Shown here: positions 36,914 to 49,247 of the stretch, one piece after another
How the letters are laid out: each line of letters opens with the position of its first letter
Position numbering within the stretch: the stretch's first letter is position 1
Translations under genes and position numbers: made by a program
The notes under the pieces: model-generated
Told to the model about the DNA's origin: nothing
Seen by the model: only the letters and a program-made list of their open reading frames with translations
Databases searched by the model: none
Assembly (NCBI RefSeq): GCF_018350175.1
Contig: NC_058368.1
Coordinates: forward strand, 97,962,001 to 98,026,000
DNA: 64,000 bases
Source: Felis catus
Taxonomy: Eukaryota
Direction of reading: 5' to 3'

Positions 36914-37132
36914 TTAATTTTTTTTTTTTTAATGTTTATATATTTTTGAGAGAGCAAGAGACATAGAGTGCAAGCAGGAGAAGGGCAGAGAGAGAGGGAG
37001 ACAGAATCTGAAGCAGGCTCCAGGCTCTGAGCTGTCAGCACACAGCCTGATGCGGGGCTCAAATCCACCAAGGGTGATATCATGGCCTCAGCCAAAGTCC
37101 AGCGCCCAACCGACTGAGCCACCTGGGCGCCC
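36914..37132 (-). mobile_element. Can-SINE (right copy of tandem pair)
   Basis: Full reverse element; pair bracketed by tgttttg(c/t)atctt (36668-36680, 37133-37145). Confidence 0.95.
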
Positions 37133-37369
37133 TGTTTTGTATCTTACATTCCACAGATGAGTAAAGTCATATGGTATTTGTCTTTGTCTGACTGACTAAT
37201 TTTGCTTAGCATAATACCCTCTAGTTCCATCCATGTTGTTGAAATCCTCTGCCTCCATCTTTGATGTGAATATGCTGAGGAAGCTACCTTAGATACCTAC
37301 TCCTGAAGTAGGGTTAACTTTTACTGATCAAATTTTACCCCATTCTTTTTAGAATAGTCTTCTTCCTAA

Positions 37370-37750
37370 TGTTGCATCCACAGGACTCCTGAAACAGAAC
37401 GCTATGGGCACCAGTGACAGTCACAACAAAGTTTATTGCACTGAGAGGCAAGGCCAACCAATTGGGACCGACACTCTTGACCAGAGTGTGGTTTCGAACA
37501 GCCAGGGTACAGAGTTTTTATATAGCTGACCACATTGTCTTATCATCACCTGGGAAAAGAACAAAAGAATAGTTCCCAGATGGGGGTGGAAACAGTTCAG
37601 ACGTGCCCTTGCCCCAATCCAATCAAACACTAATCCAGTTGATTTTCCTTGAACTTTTGTTCCCTTGGTTGATAGGAGAAGGCCGTAGTCTCTTAACCTA
37701 TAGTGTTAAAACAAAGCTGTTATTTCTTAAGGCTACAGGTTAGCCCTACA
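37370..37750 (-). mobile_element. Solo ERV LTR (381 bp)
   Basis: TG...CA ends; minus-strand TATATAAAAA (37515-37524) upstream of AATAAA (37432-37437); 4-bp flanks ctaa/ctac. Confidence 0.75.
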
Positions 37751-38391
37751 CTACAATGTAACCCTTACACTAAGCCACCTTCTTGTGACCCTGTCACTCT
37801 CCTCACTGCTGCTTTCATCTTTTTTTGTTGCTAAACTTCTGGAATGAATATTTTCTATTAATTGCTTCCATTTCATTACCAGTCTTTTTTTTCTTGTTTG
37901 TAAATGTCCTGATTTCTGTTGTTTAATGAGAGTCTCCAGTGATTTTCCAGTCACCAAATTCAGTGGCCCTGGCCTCCCAGTTATCTAACATTATATTTTG
38001 TGCTTTACTATGCTCATTTTTGTCTTTGGTTTCAGTTTTTCCTCCTGCTGGTGAACTTTAATGACTCTCTTAAGCTTCAGATACTGCTATTCTCTGTATA
38101 TATTCACCCCTTGGAGAAATTACTGATAGGCTTAACTTTCAATGCTATCTCTATGTTTCATTTAGCTCCTGATAACTATCTTCAGTCCTGCCCTCTAACC
38201 TGGCAAGCAGGCCCAGAACTTTGTGCAGATAAACACACAGTAAATATACACTGGGTATATACTGAGTGACTGTAAAGGTGAACACAGCATGAACTTTTAT
38301 ATAAATGCTTTTAAGAAAGGCAATTTTTAGTGCCTAAGTGGAGAAAACTTGAACCAAAGAATTGTATTTGAAATTAAAAATACGTTGTTCT

Positions 38392-38625
38392 GAGTTGCCT
38401 GGGTGGCTCAGTCGGTTAAGTATCTGACTTCAGCTCAGGTCATCATCGACTTTGGCTCAGGTCGTGATCTTGCAGTTCGTGAGTTCAAGCCTCACATCAG
38501 GCTCTATGCTAACAGTTGAGCCTGGAGCCTGTTTCAGATTCTGTGTCTCCCTGTTTCTGTGCCCCTTCCCCACTTGTGCTCTGTCTCTGTCTCTCTCAAA
38601 AAATTAATAGACATTAAAAAAATAA
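38392..38625 (+). mobile_element. Can-SINE with a 22-bp internal duplication
   Basis: Head, duplicated gactt..gctcaggtc.t.atc, (CT) tract, A tail. Confidence 0.93.
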
Positions 38626-39081
38626 ATTTTTCTTCCAACTTCCTCAGAGAAAGACAAAGGGGATTTTCTTTGTCCTAACATGCATGACTTTCCCTTTCAT
38701 ATTGTGTTGACCCAAGGGCCAAATGAAATTGAGCAGCGTACTTTGATTAGAGTCAGCCATTTCTAAGTAGTAATGAAAAATCTTCAAGTTTGACTTGAAT
38801 TAATTCCAGGAATGGGTAAGAGTAATGCAGGGAGGGCTATTACAATTATTTTTTTTATAAGACTTTTTAAAAAACTTCCATTAAAGACATCAGGTTTCAA
38901 AATAAGTTTTTCTTTAGTGATGATTGTCTCTGAAGATTTGAAGTTTATATTATGTTGAAAGTGAAGAAATGCATTAGATACCAAAAATGTACACTTTACT
39001 TTAAAGAGCTAGAGAGTTTTAAACTTTAAAATGTTTCCTTTGTCTTAGGAATTGTACAGTTTATGTTTATTTTTGCTGCTC

Positions 39082-39755
39082 TGTAGTAGACTCTGGGTCT
39101 GGAGTTCTGTCTTGTCCATCAAAAGAGCGGGACGCAGGATTGAAAATGCGAGAGAGAGCTGTTGTATGGGAGGAGACAAGAGCCCCAAGTAAGGGTCCTT
39201 GCTCCGTTTTTATTAGGATCAGAAGGCTTACAAGCATAATGGGTGTGTACAGAGAGACAATGAAACCGTGAACATAAATTCATGGGCATGAGGGATAGGG
39301 ATTTGGGAGATAGGTGGTGTTAGGAGTTTGGGTCAATACAAAACAAGATTCTGGTGCTGGGTGGAAGGTTGTTTACAGCAAACATGAAGCCCTACCTCTG
39401 TTTACCTACACTGGCTTAGGAGACAGGAAAGAGAACGTGCTACCTCAGGGTCAACAAGGCATCTTTTGCCTAATTAGCTCTGTTCTGGGCAACTCCCCCC
39501 GCCTCCCCCTGCTGTGGTCCATAGCCCTATTTACCCGTTTGCCTAATTTGATCCTTCCTTCCTGTGAAAGCAGCTTTCTTCTATTGTCCTATACCTTTGT
39601 CCTATACTGGGGGGCCTTTGCCCCATTTACCTAATCTTATTTACCTAATGTTGTTTACCCAAACTTGGGTGTGTTCATCCTATGGCTTTCTAATTCTTTA
39701 TGCCTTGTTAACCTATCAGTGCAGGCTCAGGGAATTCCTAAGCTTATTCCCCATA
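39082..39755 (-). mobile_element. Solo ERV LTR (674 bp)
   Basis: TG left end, ccccata right end (CA mutated); minus-strand AATAAA near 39208-39213; flanks ctgctc / ctgctt. Confidence 0.75.
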
Positions 39756-40620
39756 CTGCTTGTGTTTCTTTAGTCTGAGAATTCATGTATCCTGAGCACT
39801 TGTTTCCTCGTGAGTTTCACAACTTTAAAATGTGAGGTTATTTCTGAGTAGCTTGTTTTTTGTTTTTCTGTGAAAATTCCTTGTGGCCTGGATTTGGGGA
39901 GTTTCTTTTCAGAATGGTCCCGCCTTTGCCTCTGTCAGACACATCAGGGGTAGTGCCAGGTTTCCATTAAGTTTTTGGTGTAGAGTTTTCTGCACCTCTA
40001 AGGAATTGTATGTTTGGGCTCTAAACATACAGAGCCCAAGGGGCAGGCCTGGGCTTTCAGTTTCCTGCCAGAGTCTTTATTTTCTTAACCCAGAGAAAAG
40101 CTCTTCTCTTTCTCTCCTTGGTTTGCTTGGGTGGCATTCTTCACATGCCCTCCCCCCCCCCCCCCCCCCCACCTCATGGTAGTGATGGTTCCTGGCTTCT
40201 CCTGGCTTCCAGCTGTAGGAACATTGCACATCCTCCTCACATTCTTATCTTTTCTCTCACTCTGCGTGGATGTTAACATCAGCCCCTCTGACTGCTGGAT
40301 TTTATCTCTATCCCTCACCCTGGAAGTGGAGAATTTCCCTGATTATTTTGGTGAAGGGGCTGTCAGGGAGAAGTACTATCATACATGGTAGATTTATTAT
40401 TTTACTCTTTGAAACATTATGAAAAATATCAGATGTCTTTAACCACACTGAGCAGATAATCATTCTGTTGATCTCAGCCAGTGTGGGATCTCAATAGTTA
40501 TGAAAAATCTCATGTCTGGGCAGTAAGATGATAAAGCATGGGATACTTATTCATAGATTTCTTTGACTTTGTATGTACTTTCTCATTTCTCAGACTGCAG
40601 TTAATATTCTAAGCATTCAA

Positions 40621-40860
40621 GGGGTACCTGGATAGCTCAGTCGGTTAAGCATCTGACTTTGGCTCGGGTCATGATCTTGTGGTCCGTGAGTTTGAGCCCC
40701 ACATTGGGCTCTGTGCTGACAGTTCAGAACCTGGAGCCTGCTTCAGATTCTGTGTTTCCCTCTCTCCCTGCACTTCCCCGACTTGCTCTCTGTCTTTTCT
40801 CTCTCTCTGTCTCTCTGTCTCTCTCTCTTTCTCTCAAAAATAAATAAACATCAAAGAAAA
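40621..40860 (+). mobile_element. Can-SINE
   Basis: Perfect 15-bp TSD attctaagcattcaa (40606-40620, 40861-40875). Confidence 0.96.
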
Positions 40861-41049
40861 ATTCTAAGCATTCAAATTATGAGTCGATAGTAGTTAGAAG
40901 CCAGAAACATACCTAAGGATAACCCTGTAGGAACAGAATCTGACTTTGAAAAACCAGAAACAATTAGGAAAAGTGTACATCCTTTAGGCGGGGTGATGAA
41001 TTTAGGGCTTTTGTTCATGAGCACCATTATGTATTACTATTAAAGTCCT

Positions 41050-41260
41050 TGGCTAAGGAACCAGATGACAGGGTTGAATTCTGGCTCTCTATTTTATAAA
41101 TCCTGTGACCCCAGGTAATTAACTTTATGCTTCAGTGACTCATCTGTAAGATGGGAATTGCATTGCGACCCCCCAAAAGTGGTTGTGAGATGTAAGGAAA
41201 TTAATGCAAAACTACTAAGAGCGCCTGATAAAAGCAGACAGTGTGGTAGTAGCTAATATC
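41050..41260 (+). mobile_element. MIR
   Basis: gggttgaattctggctct...tgtgaccccaggtaatt...ctcatctgtaagatggga. Confidence 0.75.
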
Positions 41261-41708
41261 TTGATGACAGTAAGGAGGAGGATGATTTTCTAAGGCAGAT
41301 TTCATAAACCTAAAGGCATTCCAATTTAACTGCTTTTAAAACACAATGGAGGCAAACAAAGCCCTTCTGTGAACTGATTAGTCAGTGTTTATGATCTAAC
41401 TAGTTTATGACCTCTGTAATGGACAGATATACAATTTTAATAGAGAGCCATTATAGGAGATGATTGTTGAATTAACACCACATAAAACCAAACCCAGCAA
41501 ATTTAGGAATAGTAGTACCCTTATAAATAGCATGTCTTATCAACCAATAGATTTTTATTGTGTATTGAATATATTCCTACTATTTAGTTGGGTTAATTAT
41601 TCAAATGAAAGAATGAAGCCAAAGTGGTCAGTTTAGTCATTCCTTTTTGGAGCCCCAAACTGGCCATGGCCACATGTCACATGGAGGGTTTGTCCATGGC
41701 TCTTTCTG

Positions 41709-41837
41709 TGTATCGGGGAAATACAATTAAAAACAAAATCTTCTCCCACCCCAGGAATCCTTTCCACAAAGGTAGTAGAGACAGAAAACATTCTAAGAAT
41801 TTTTTATTTTATTTTAGCATGAGCGAGGGAGAGGAGC

Positions 41838-41895
<58 letters not shown>

Positions 41896-42631
41896 TCTTA
41901 AGTAGGCTCCATGCTCAGCATGGAGGCTGGCCTGGAGCTCCATCCCATGACCCTCGGATCATGACCTGAGCCAAAAATCAAAAGCCAGATGGTCAACTGA
42001 CTGAGCCATCCAGGCACCCCAAGAAAACACTTTTATTATTGAAAGAGCATTAAACTAGAATGTGAGCACATTACAGGCAATCCAGTAACAGATTACAAAA
42101 GATGGAAAGAAATCTTACCCTTTTTGCCATGCCATGCAGAGATGACCTATTATATATATGTTTGCAAGATAAACACTAGTCCCCAAGACAGAGGACTTTA
42201 CAGCACCATTTTTCACTCATAGTTCATCCTTTCTTCACCTATTAGTTGAGGTGACCATCTGTGCTAGCTAATTAGTTTTATCTACAGAAAAACCAGACTT
42301 CTTGTCTATTACAAGAGGTAGTTTTGCAGGGGAGCAAGGCATCTACCAAAAGTAGACTTCTCCTCTCTCCCAGACACTAGGATCTAGAGGTGCTATCTTC
42401 CTTGATGTTTGCATTTCAAGGAGATTGCTTCCAGGTCCAGGAGACAGATATTCCTGGGTTAGAAAGCTGACACAAGGGTTTGCATACATTTCAAAGAGAG
42501 GAGCAAGTACTTACAATGACAAGTCCTAGTTAAATTCTTGGAGAAAAGGGGGGAAGAGGAGATTTCTTCTCTTATTTGCAATAGGAAAAAGTAAGTCTCT
42601 TATTTTCCTATTTGTATGTGTACTCTTCACA
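41709..42631 (-). mobile_element. Old ERV1-type LTR (MER89/MER90-like, subfamily uncertain), split by a SINE
   Basis: TG...CA ends; minus-strand AATAAA near 42032; aaaaacaaaatcttctcccacc...ccacaaaggtag motif. Confidence 0.65.
41799..42020 (-). mobile_element. Can-SINE with long (GA)n
   Basis: TSD core agaaaaca. Confidence 0.92.
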
Positions 42632-44363
42632 TGCATCATCTGAATAAGGTCTGGTTCCAGTTTACAGCTGAGTTGCTGAGGTACAGATAAGTTTATTACC
42701 TAATCAACAGTTGATGGTTAAAACTAAGGTTATATTTAAATCTTTAAATTGGCAGTGGTAGGGAAGTTCTGATTTAATTTTTTCTTTTTTTGCATTGTTA
42801 AAATATGATACGTATTTAATGGTACGTCTTCGAAAAGAAATGAGGAAACTCCAGATTACCTTTCATATTATTTAAAACTCTTTTATTACAAGAACCTTGG
42901 GGGAGAAACTCTTGCCTATTTTAATTTAAAGAGAATTGCTCATTAATTCTTTCAATATGCAGACCATTTACTGTGTTAAATCAGCCTGATGTTAGAAATG
43001 TTTAATTGTGAACCAGAATCAGATTAGTGATATTTTATCCTATTAAAAGTTTTTCAAATGTTCTCACCAACTGTGAATTTTAGATCAACTAAATGATCTG
43101 AAAGGAAGAGAAAGCAGGGGGAGTAAATCCTGTGAACAATACCCTTTATGAGCTTGATAGGAGCCTGAGGCTAAAGATAAGGAATGAAGGGTCTCAGTGT
43201 GTGATGATAGTGTTGTTGGGACGGAGGGGGTGGTCAGGAGGATGCTGTGGGCCTTAGGACTTGACATTCTTTTTGCCCTCATTTCTTATTTTCTGTTTTA
43301 GGAGGTAATCTGCTTTTAGTTTCTGCTAAGATGCGATGAGGTTGAATTCAGTGACTGATTTATGGAATCAAGGTTCAAATGGACTCCCTGATTACTCTCT
43401 TTTTTAAGTCTGACATTTTATTACATGGGCAGTAACCTTGGCCTGTGTGCTGTTTTAATTCAGGGTCTTATCTCACAGAAACCTTCGCTCTGGACAAAGT
43501 GAAAACATTTGTTTGGAATAAACAGTTTTCTCTTCTGCTCCAGTTTTTTTTTTTTTTTATAGCTTTTATGACATTTTTAAGGCCCTATTTTTTACAGACA
43601 TCAGGCAGTTCAATTTGAAAGTGGCTTTAGTGACCCACAGATATGTTTTGCATCACTGCTGAGCTTAGGGTATAGGCACTTTCCTAGCTTAGCAGATAGT
43701 CTTGCATCTGGATTCAGTTTGGTTAGAGACTTGGGAACTCTAGACCTATTTTTATAGCTTAAAACATTTGATGACCTTTTGAAGAGTGTCTTTTCGAAAA
43801 AAAAAAAAGTAATGATTAGTGATTCAAAAGTGTAAAGCCGAAAGCCTGAAGTATGCTTTATGTCGTCTAGCTTACAGGTAGGTTGGAGACTATAATTATT
43901 CATCTCTTGGCCTAGCGAGAGTCAAAGAACAGCAGCAGCAGCTTTATTAGTGTTCAAGCTGGAATGAAACATGAAGTTTGGATCCAAAGACAAGACGTGA
44001 CCCCTACTACTTTTTCTTCTTCACGTCCAAGTCTAGGTCTTGTGACTTGCTTGTGTGGCAAGCTGGCTGTACTCTATATGAAGGAACCAATGAGGGTAGA
44101 ATAGAAATTGTTTGCTGACTGTGTTTCTTCTGTGGAGGTTGGAGGGTGGTGGGGACCCACATCATGGGAGTCACTGGTCTCCCTCAATGCAAAAACTGTT
44201 GAAGGCACACCACTTGTAGGGGAAATAGAACTCACAATCCTAGTCTTTTAGCATATGCAGGGCTTGTATGATAGATTTTCTTTCTTTTTGAAAAATACTC
44301 TATTAAATTTAGGTTGAAGGAGAATTGGGTTAGGATTTGAATTAATCAGTTTAGCTGTTCCCC

Positions 44364-44366
<3 letters not shown>

Positions 44367-44405
<39 letters not shown>
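44367..44405. repeat. Poly-T (39 nt)
   Basis: Direct read. Confidence 0.97.
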
Positions 44406-44407
<2 letters not shown>

Positions 44408-45559
44408 TCACCCTTAACGATTGCCCTTCAATTCAGCCATGAGTGAAAACCACATCTCCATTTTTCCTGACCTCTGTGCCGGGAACAGAAACTTTATTTA
44501 TACCTCTTATTCCTTTGTGTAAAGAATTTATTTGAAGAGTGATATATTTCAAAGAAGAAATGACCCTTTTCCAGCTCTGTTGTAGACACAGTAACCATTG
44601 CTCCTAATTACTGTTTTATTCCTATGTTAAAAAAATGCACTGTGCCCAATTCTTGGTGACGCTGGCAACTTTGAGACTGGGGCTTGAGATTTGGGGAAAA
44701 GTAGCCAGATCAAGAGAGATAGGAAGCTAGCTAGGTCAAGATGAACACTTATGAAACATTCGTTTTTCCCTTTCAGGAGAATAATGTTCATTTTTCCATC
44801 AAGACATATATTTATTCTGCAAGTCTTAAACTACACATACACAGGTGTGGAAATAATGGATGAGTCAGCTAGCCACCTAACTAGTATAAATTCTAGGACT
44901 TGAAAAAGCTTCTCTTTCTGCCCACTTGAGCAACCTGAGACTAACATCTGAATTTTTTTCCTAAGGTGTTTCTCTTGTAAAAATGCAACTACACTTTGGG
45001 TAGATAATTTACTAGGATTATCACAAATTTACACCTTGTTTTAAAGAAGTTTATTATAATGTCCTGAGGATTTATTTTGATGGGATGGAGGTAGAAAGAA
45101 TTTGAGGTCCCTTGGTTTCTAGAAAGAAGGTGGTAATGACTTAGTTTGTGGGGCAGGAAGGTCTGAAACCGTGCTTGGCCCTTCTCACTGGTTTGCAGAA
45201 GACTATTTTTGCTCTCGAATCTTTAACACATGCCAGGCACTCAGCCATGTCAATGAGTTTTGATGCTGATAAACTTAAGTGACAAACCACTTTCCATAAG
45301 ATCAGAATTGTAAAACTAGAACAAATCTAGTATTTTCTTTTTTAGGTTTATAAACTTTCCCTTCAAAGTCTTATGATGTGATTAAATTTGCTTATTGCTT
45401 AAAAACTCATATAGACTACATATTGCTTACACAGGTTATCAGAATGAATGTCTAGCTTCTTTTTATATGATTAAATACCCTAAGGCCTTTCTTTCACATG
45501 GCTAGTGGGAAAAAGGGTCTTCAGACGAATGCATTACCAGGATATAGGTGCCTCAGCTC

Positions 45560-45725
45560 ATTTTGCCTAAATTAAACTGCGTCTTCCCCTCCAATCCTGC
45601 CTACTCCTGTGTTTTCAGTCTTTATAAGTAGCTCTGCAGTCTTTCTATTCATCCTAACCATCCGTCTGGCTAGACTCTTTCCTTTTCTACTTCCTTTATT
45701 TAATTCATAATTTAACAGGTTCCAG
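45560..45725 (+). mobile_element. L2 fragment
   Basis: cctaaattaaact...tcttcccctccaatcctgcctactcctgtgttttc. Confidence 0.45.
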
Positions 45726-46118
45726 CAATGCTCTATATTTTATGTACTTTAATAAATGCAAAAAGGAATTTTTTTAATAAAAGAATTAAACCATATACAG
45801 TGTGTAAAGCAAAAAGTGAAAGTTTCTGGCCTTCCCCTTTGTTTCCTTGGATTCTAAAGAGTCATGCAAAATGTGTCTCAGAACTGTGTGCCTCAGAGCA
45901 GGGAGCCTAGGTGTGCCCAGTGTGGGCTGAAGTGAGGCCTGGTCACCTTGCACACATGACCTGGGTGGAAATGGCCTATGTCAAAGCCTGTGTGGAAATG
46001 GCCAAGGCAGCAATCACTGTAGGAAGAAGTGGTGTTGAGGTGTGCACAAGAGGTGTCTGAGACAATATCCTTAGAGATTTTTATCAGCTTTCTGTATACG
46101 TATAGTCATGCATTTTTT

Positions 46119-46572
46119 AATTTTAATTTTTAATTTTTTAAAAAAATATTTAGATTCAAGTTAGTTAACATATAGTGTAGTATTGGTTTCAGGAGTGGAA
46201 TTTAGTGATTCATCTCTTACATATAACACCTAATGCTCATCCCAACAAGTGTGCTCCTCAGTGCCCATCACCCATTTAGCCCATCCCCCCCCACCTCACC
46301 TCCAGCAACCCTCAGTTTGTTCTCTACATTTAAGATTCTCTTATGGTTTGCCTCCCTTTCTGTTTTTATCTTATTTAATTTTTCCTTCCCTTCCCCTATG
46401 TTCACCTGTTTTGTTTCTTAAATTCCACATATGAGTGAAATTATAGGATATTTGTCTTTCGCTGACTTATTTCACTTACACTCCAGTTCCATCTATGTTG
46501 TTGCACATGGCAAGATTTCATTCTTTTTGATCTCTGAGTAATATTCCATTGTAAATATATATATATTTATAT

Positions 46573-46619
<47 letters not shown>

Positions 46620-49247
46620 ATATATATACACACCACATCTTCTTTATCCATTCATCAGCCGATGGACATTTGGGCTATTTCCATAATTTGGCTATTGTTG
46701 ATAGGGCTGCTGTAAACATTGGGGTGCATGTATCCCTTCAAATAAACACTTTGTATCCATTGGATAAATACCTAGTAGTGCAATTGCTGGGTGGTAGAGT
46801 AGTTCTATTTTTAAATTTTTGAGGAACCTCCATACTGTTTTCCAGGGTGGCTGCACTGGTTTGCATTCCCACCAGCAGTGCAAAAGAGTTCCCCTTTCTC
46901 CTCATCCTCACCAACATCTGTTGTTTCCTGAGTTGTTAATTTTAGCCATTCTGAAAGGCATGAGGGGGTATCTCATCATGGTATTGATTTGTATTTCCTT
47001 GATGACAAGTGCAGTTGAAGATCTTTTCATGGACCTGTTAGCCATCTGGATGTCTTCTTTGAAAAAGCATCTGTTCATGTCCTCTGCTCATTTCTTCACT
47101 GGATTATTTGTTTTTTTGGTGTTGAGTTCAATAAGTTCTTTATAGATTTTGGATACTAACCCTTTATCTAATATGTCATTTGCAAATATCTTCTCCCATT
47201 CTGTTGGTTGCCTTTTAGTTTTGTTGATTGTTTGCTTTACTGTGCAGAAGCTTTTTATCTTGATGAGGTCTTAGTAGTTCATTTTTGCTTTTGTTTCCCT
47301 TGCCTCTGGAGACATGTCTAGTAAGAAGTTGCTGCAACTGAGGTGAAGGAGGTTGTTGCCTGTTTTCTCCTCTACGGTTTTAATGGTTTCCTGTCTCACA
47401 TTCAGGTCTTTAATTCGTTTTGAATTTATTTTTGTGTATTGTGTAAGAAAGTGATCCAGTTTTGTTCTTATGTTTATTGCCGTCCAGTTTTTCCAACACC
47501 ATTTCCAGAAGACACTTTTTTTCCCATTGGATAGTCTTTCCTCCTTTGTATTTGTCAAAGATTAGTTGGCCTATGTTTCTGGGTCTATTTCTGGGTTCTC
47601 TATTCTGTTCCTTTGATGTATGTGTCTGTTTTTGTGCCAGTACCATACTGCCTTGATGATTACAGCTTTGTAATACAGCTTGAAGTCCAGAATTACGATG
47701 CCTCCAGCTTTGGTTTTCTTTTTCAAACTTACTTTGGTTAGTCGGGGCTTTTCTGGTTCCATAGAAATTTTAGAATTGTTTGTTCTAGCTGTATAAAAAC
47801 TGCTTTTATTTTGATAGGGATTGCATTGGATATGCTGATTGCTTTGGGTAGTATTGACATTTTAACAATATTTGTTCTATCACTCCATAAGCATGAAATG
47901 TGTTTCCATTTCTTTGTGTCTTTTTCAGTTTCTTTCATAAGCTTTCTATAGTTTTCAGTGTACATATCTTCTACTTCTTTGATTAGGTTTTTTCCTAGGT
48001 ATCTCATGGTTTTTGGTGCACTTGTAAATGGGATCGATTCCTTGATTTCTCTTTCTTCTGGTTCATTATTGGTGTATGGAAATGCAACCGATGTCTGTAT
48101 GTTGATTTTATATCCTGCAACTTTGCTGAATTGATGTACCAATTCTAGCAGTTTTTTGGGGTTTTTTGGGAGTCTTTTGGGTTTTCCATGTAGAGTATCA
48201 TGTAATCTGTTAAGAGTAAAGGTTTGACTTCTTCCTTGCCAATTTGTATGCCTTTTATTTCTTTTTATTTTATGATTGCTGAGGCTAGGATTTCCGGTAC
48301 TATGTTTAACACCAGTGGTGAGAGTGAACATTTCTGTCATGTTCCTGATATTAGGGGGAAAGCTCTCAGCTTTTCCCCATTGAAGATGATGTTAGCTGTG
48401 GGTCTTTTATATATGGCCTCTAGGATGTTGAGGTATGCTCCTTCTATACCAACTTTTTTGAGGGTTTTTATCAAGAAAGGATAATGTATTTTGTCAAATG
48501 CTTTTTCTGAATTTATTGAGAGGATTATGTGATTCTTATTCTTTCTTTTACTAATGTGGTGTATCTTGTTGATTGATTTGTGGATATTGAACCAGCCCTG
48601 TAGCCCAGGACTAAATCCCATTTAATCATGGTGAATAATTCTTTTAATTTATTGTTGGATTTGATTTGCGAGTATCTTGTTGAGAAGTTTTGCATCCATG
48701 TTCATCAAGGAAATTAGTCTATATGTAGTTCTTTTTAGTGGGGTCTTTGTTTGGTTTTGGAATCAAGGAAATGGTGGCTTCATAGAATGAGTTTGGGTTT
48801 TCCTTTCATTTCTCTTTTTTGGAACAGCTTCAAAAGAATGGGTATTAATTCTTCTTTAAATGTTTTGTAGAATTCCCCTGGAAAGCCATCCAGCGCTGGA
48901 CTCGTGTTTGTTAGGAGATTTTTGATTACTGATTCAATTTCTTTACTGGTTATAGGTCTGTTCAGATTTTCTATTTCTTTCTGTTTCAGTTTTGGTTGTT
49001 TATGTGTTTCTAAGAATTTATCCATTTCTTCCAGATTTCCCATTTTGTTGGTGTATAATTGCTCATAATCTCTTATTATTGTTTGTATTTCTGTGGTGTT
49101 AGTTGTGATCACTCCTCCTTCATTCATGATTTCATTTATTTTGGTCCTTTCCTTTTTCTTTTTGGAAAGGGAAGGGGTTAGGGGTTTATCAATTTTGTTC
49201 CTTCTTTCAAAGAACCCGTTCCTAGTTTCATTGATCTGTTCTACTGT
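46119..49247 (-). mobile_element. Carnivore L1, non-inverted 3' segment (decayed ORF2 RT/C-terminus, 3' UTR, A tail)
   Basis: ORF fragments [10 protein letters not shown]...AFDKI, FPLISGT, HCWWECK; many stops and frameshifts; internal (TA)n at ~46555-46630. Confidence 0.97.

Larger units (their letters stand above)
36393..37243 (-). mobile_element. Carnivore L1 3' end, interrupted by two SINEs
   Basis: tccaagttggttagcatatagtg...; resumes ttccacagatgagtaaagtcatatggtatttgtc. Confidence 0.88.

Noticed and set aside
40152..40170. Poly-C run (19 nt) as a functional G-quadruplex
   Set aside because: Simple homopolymer with no supporting context; length may be unreliable in the assembly.
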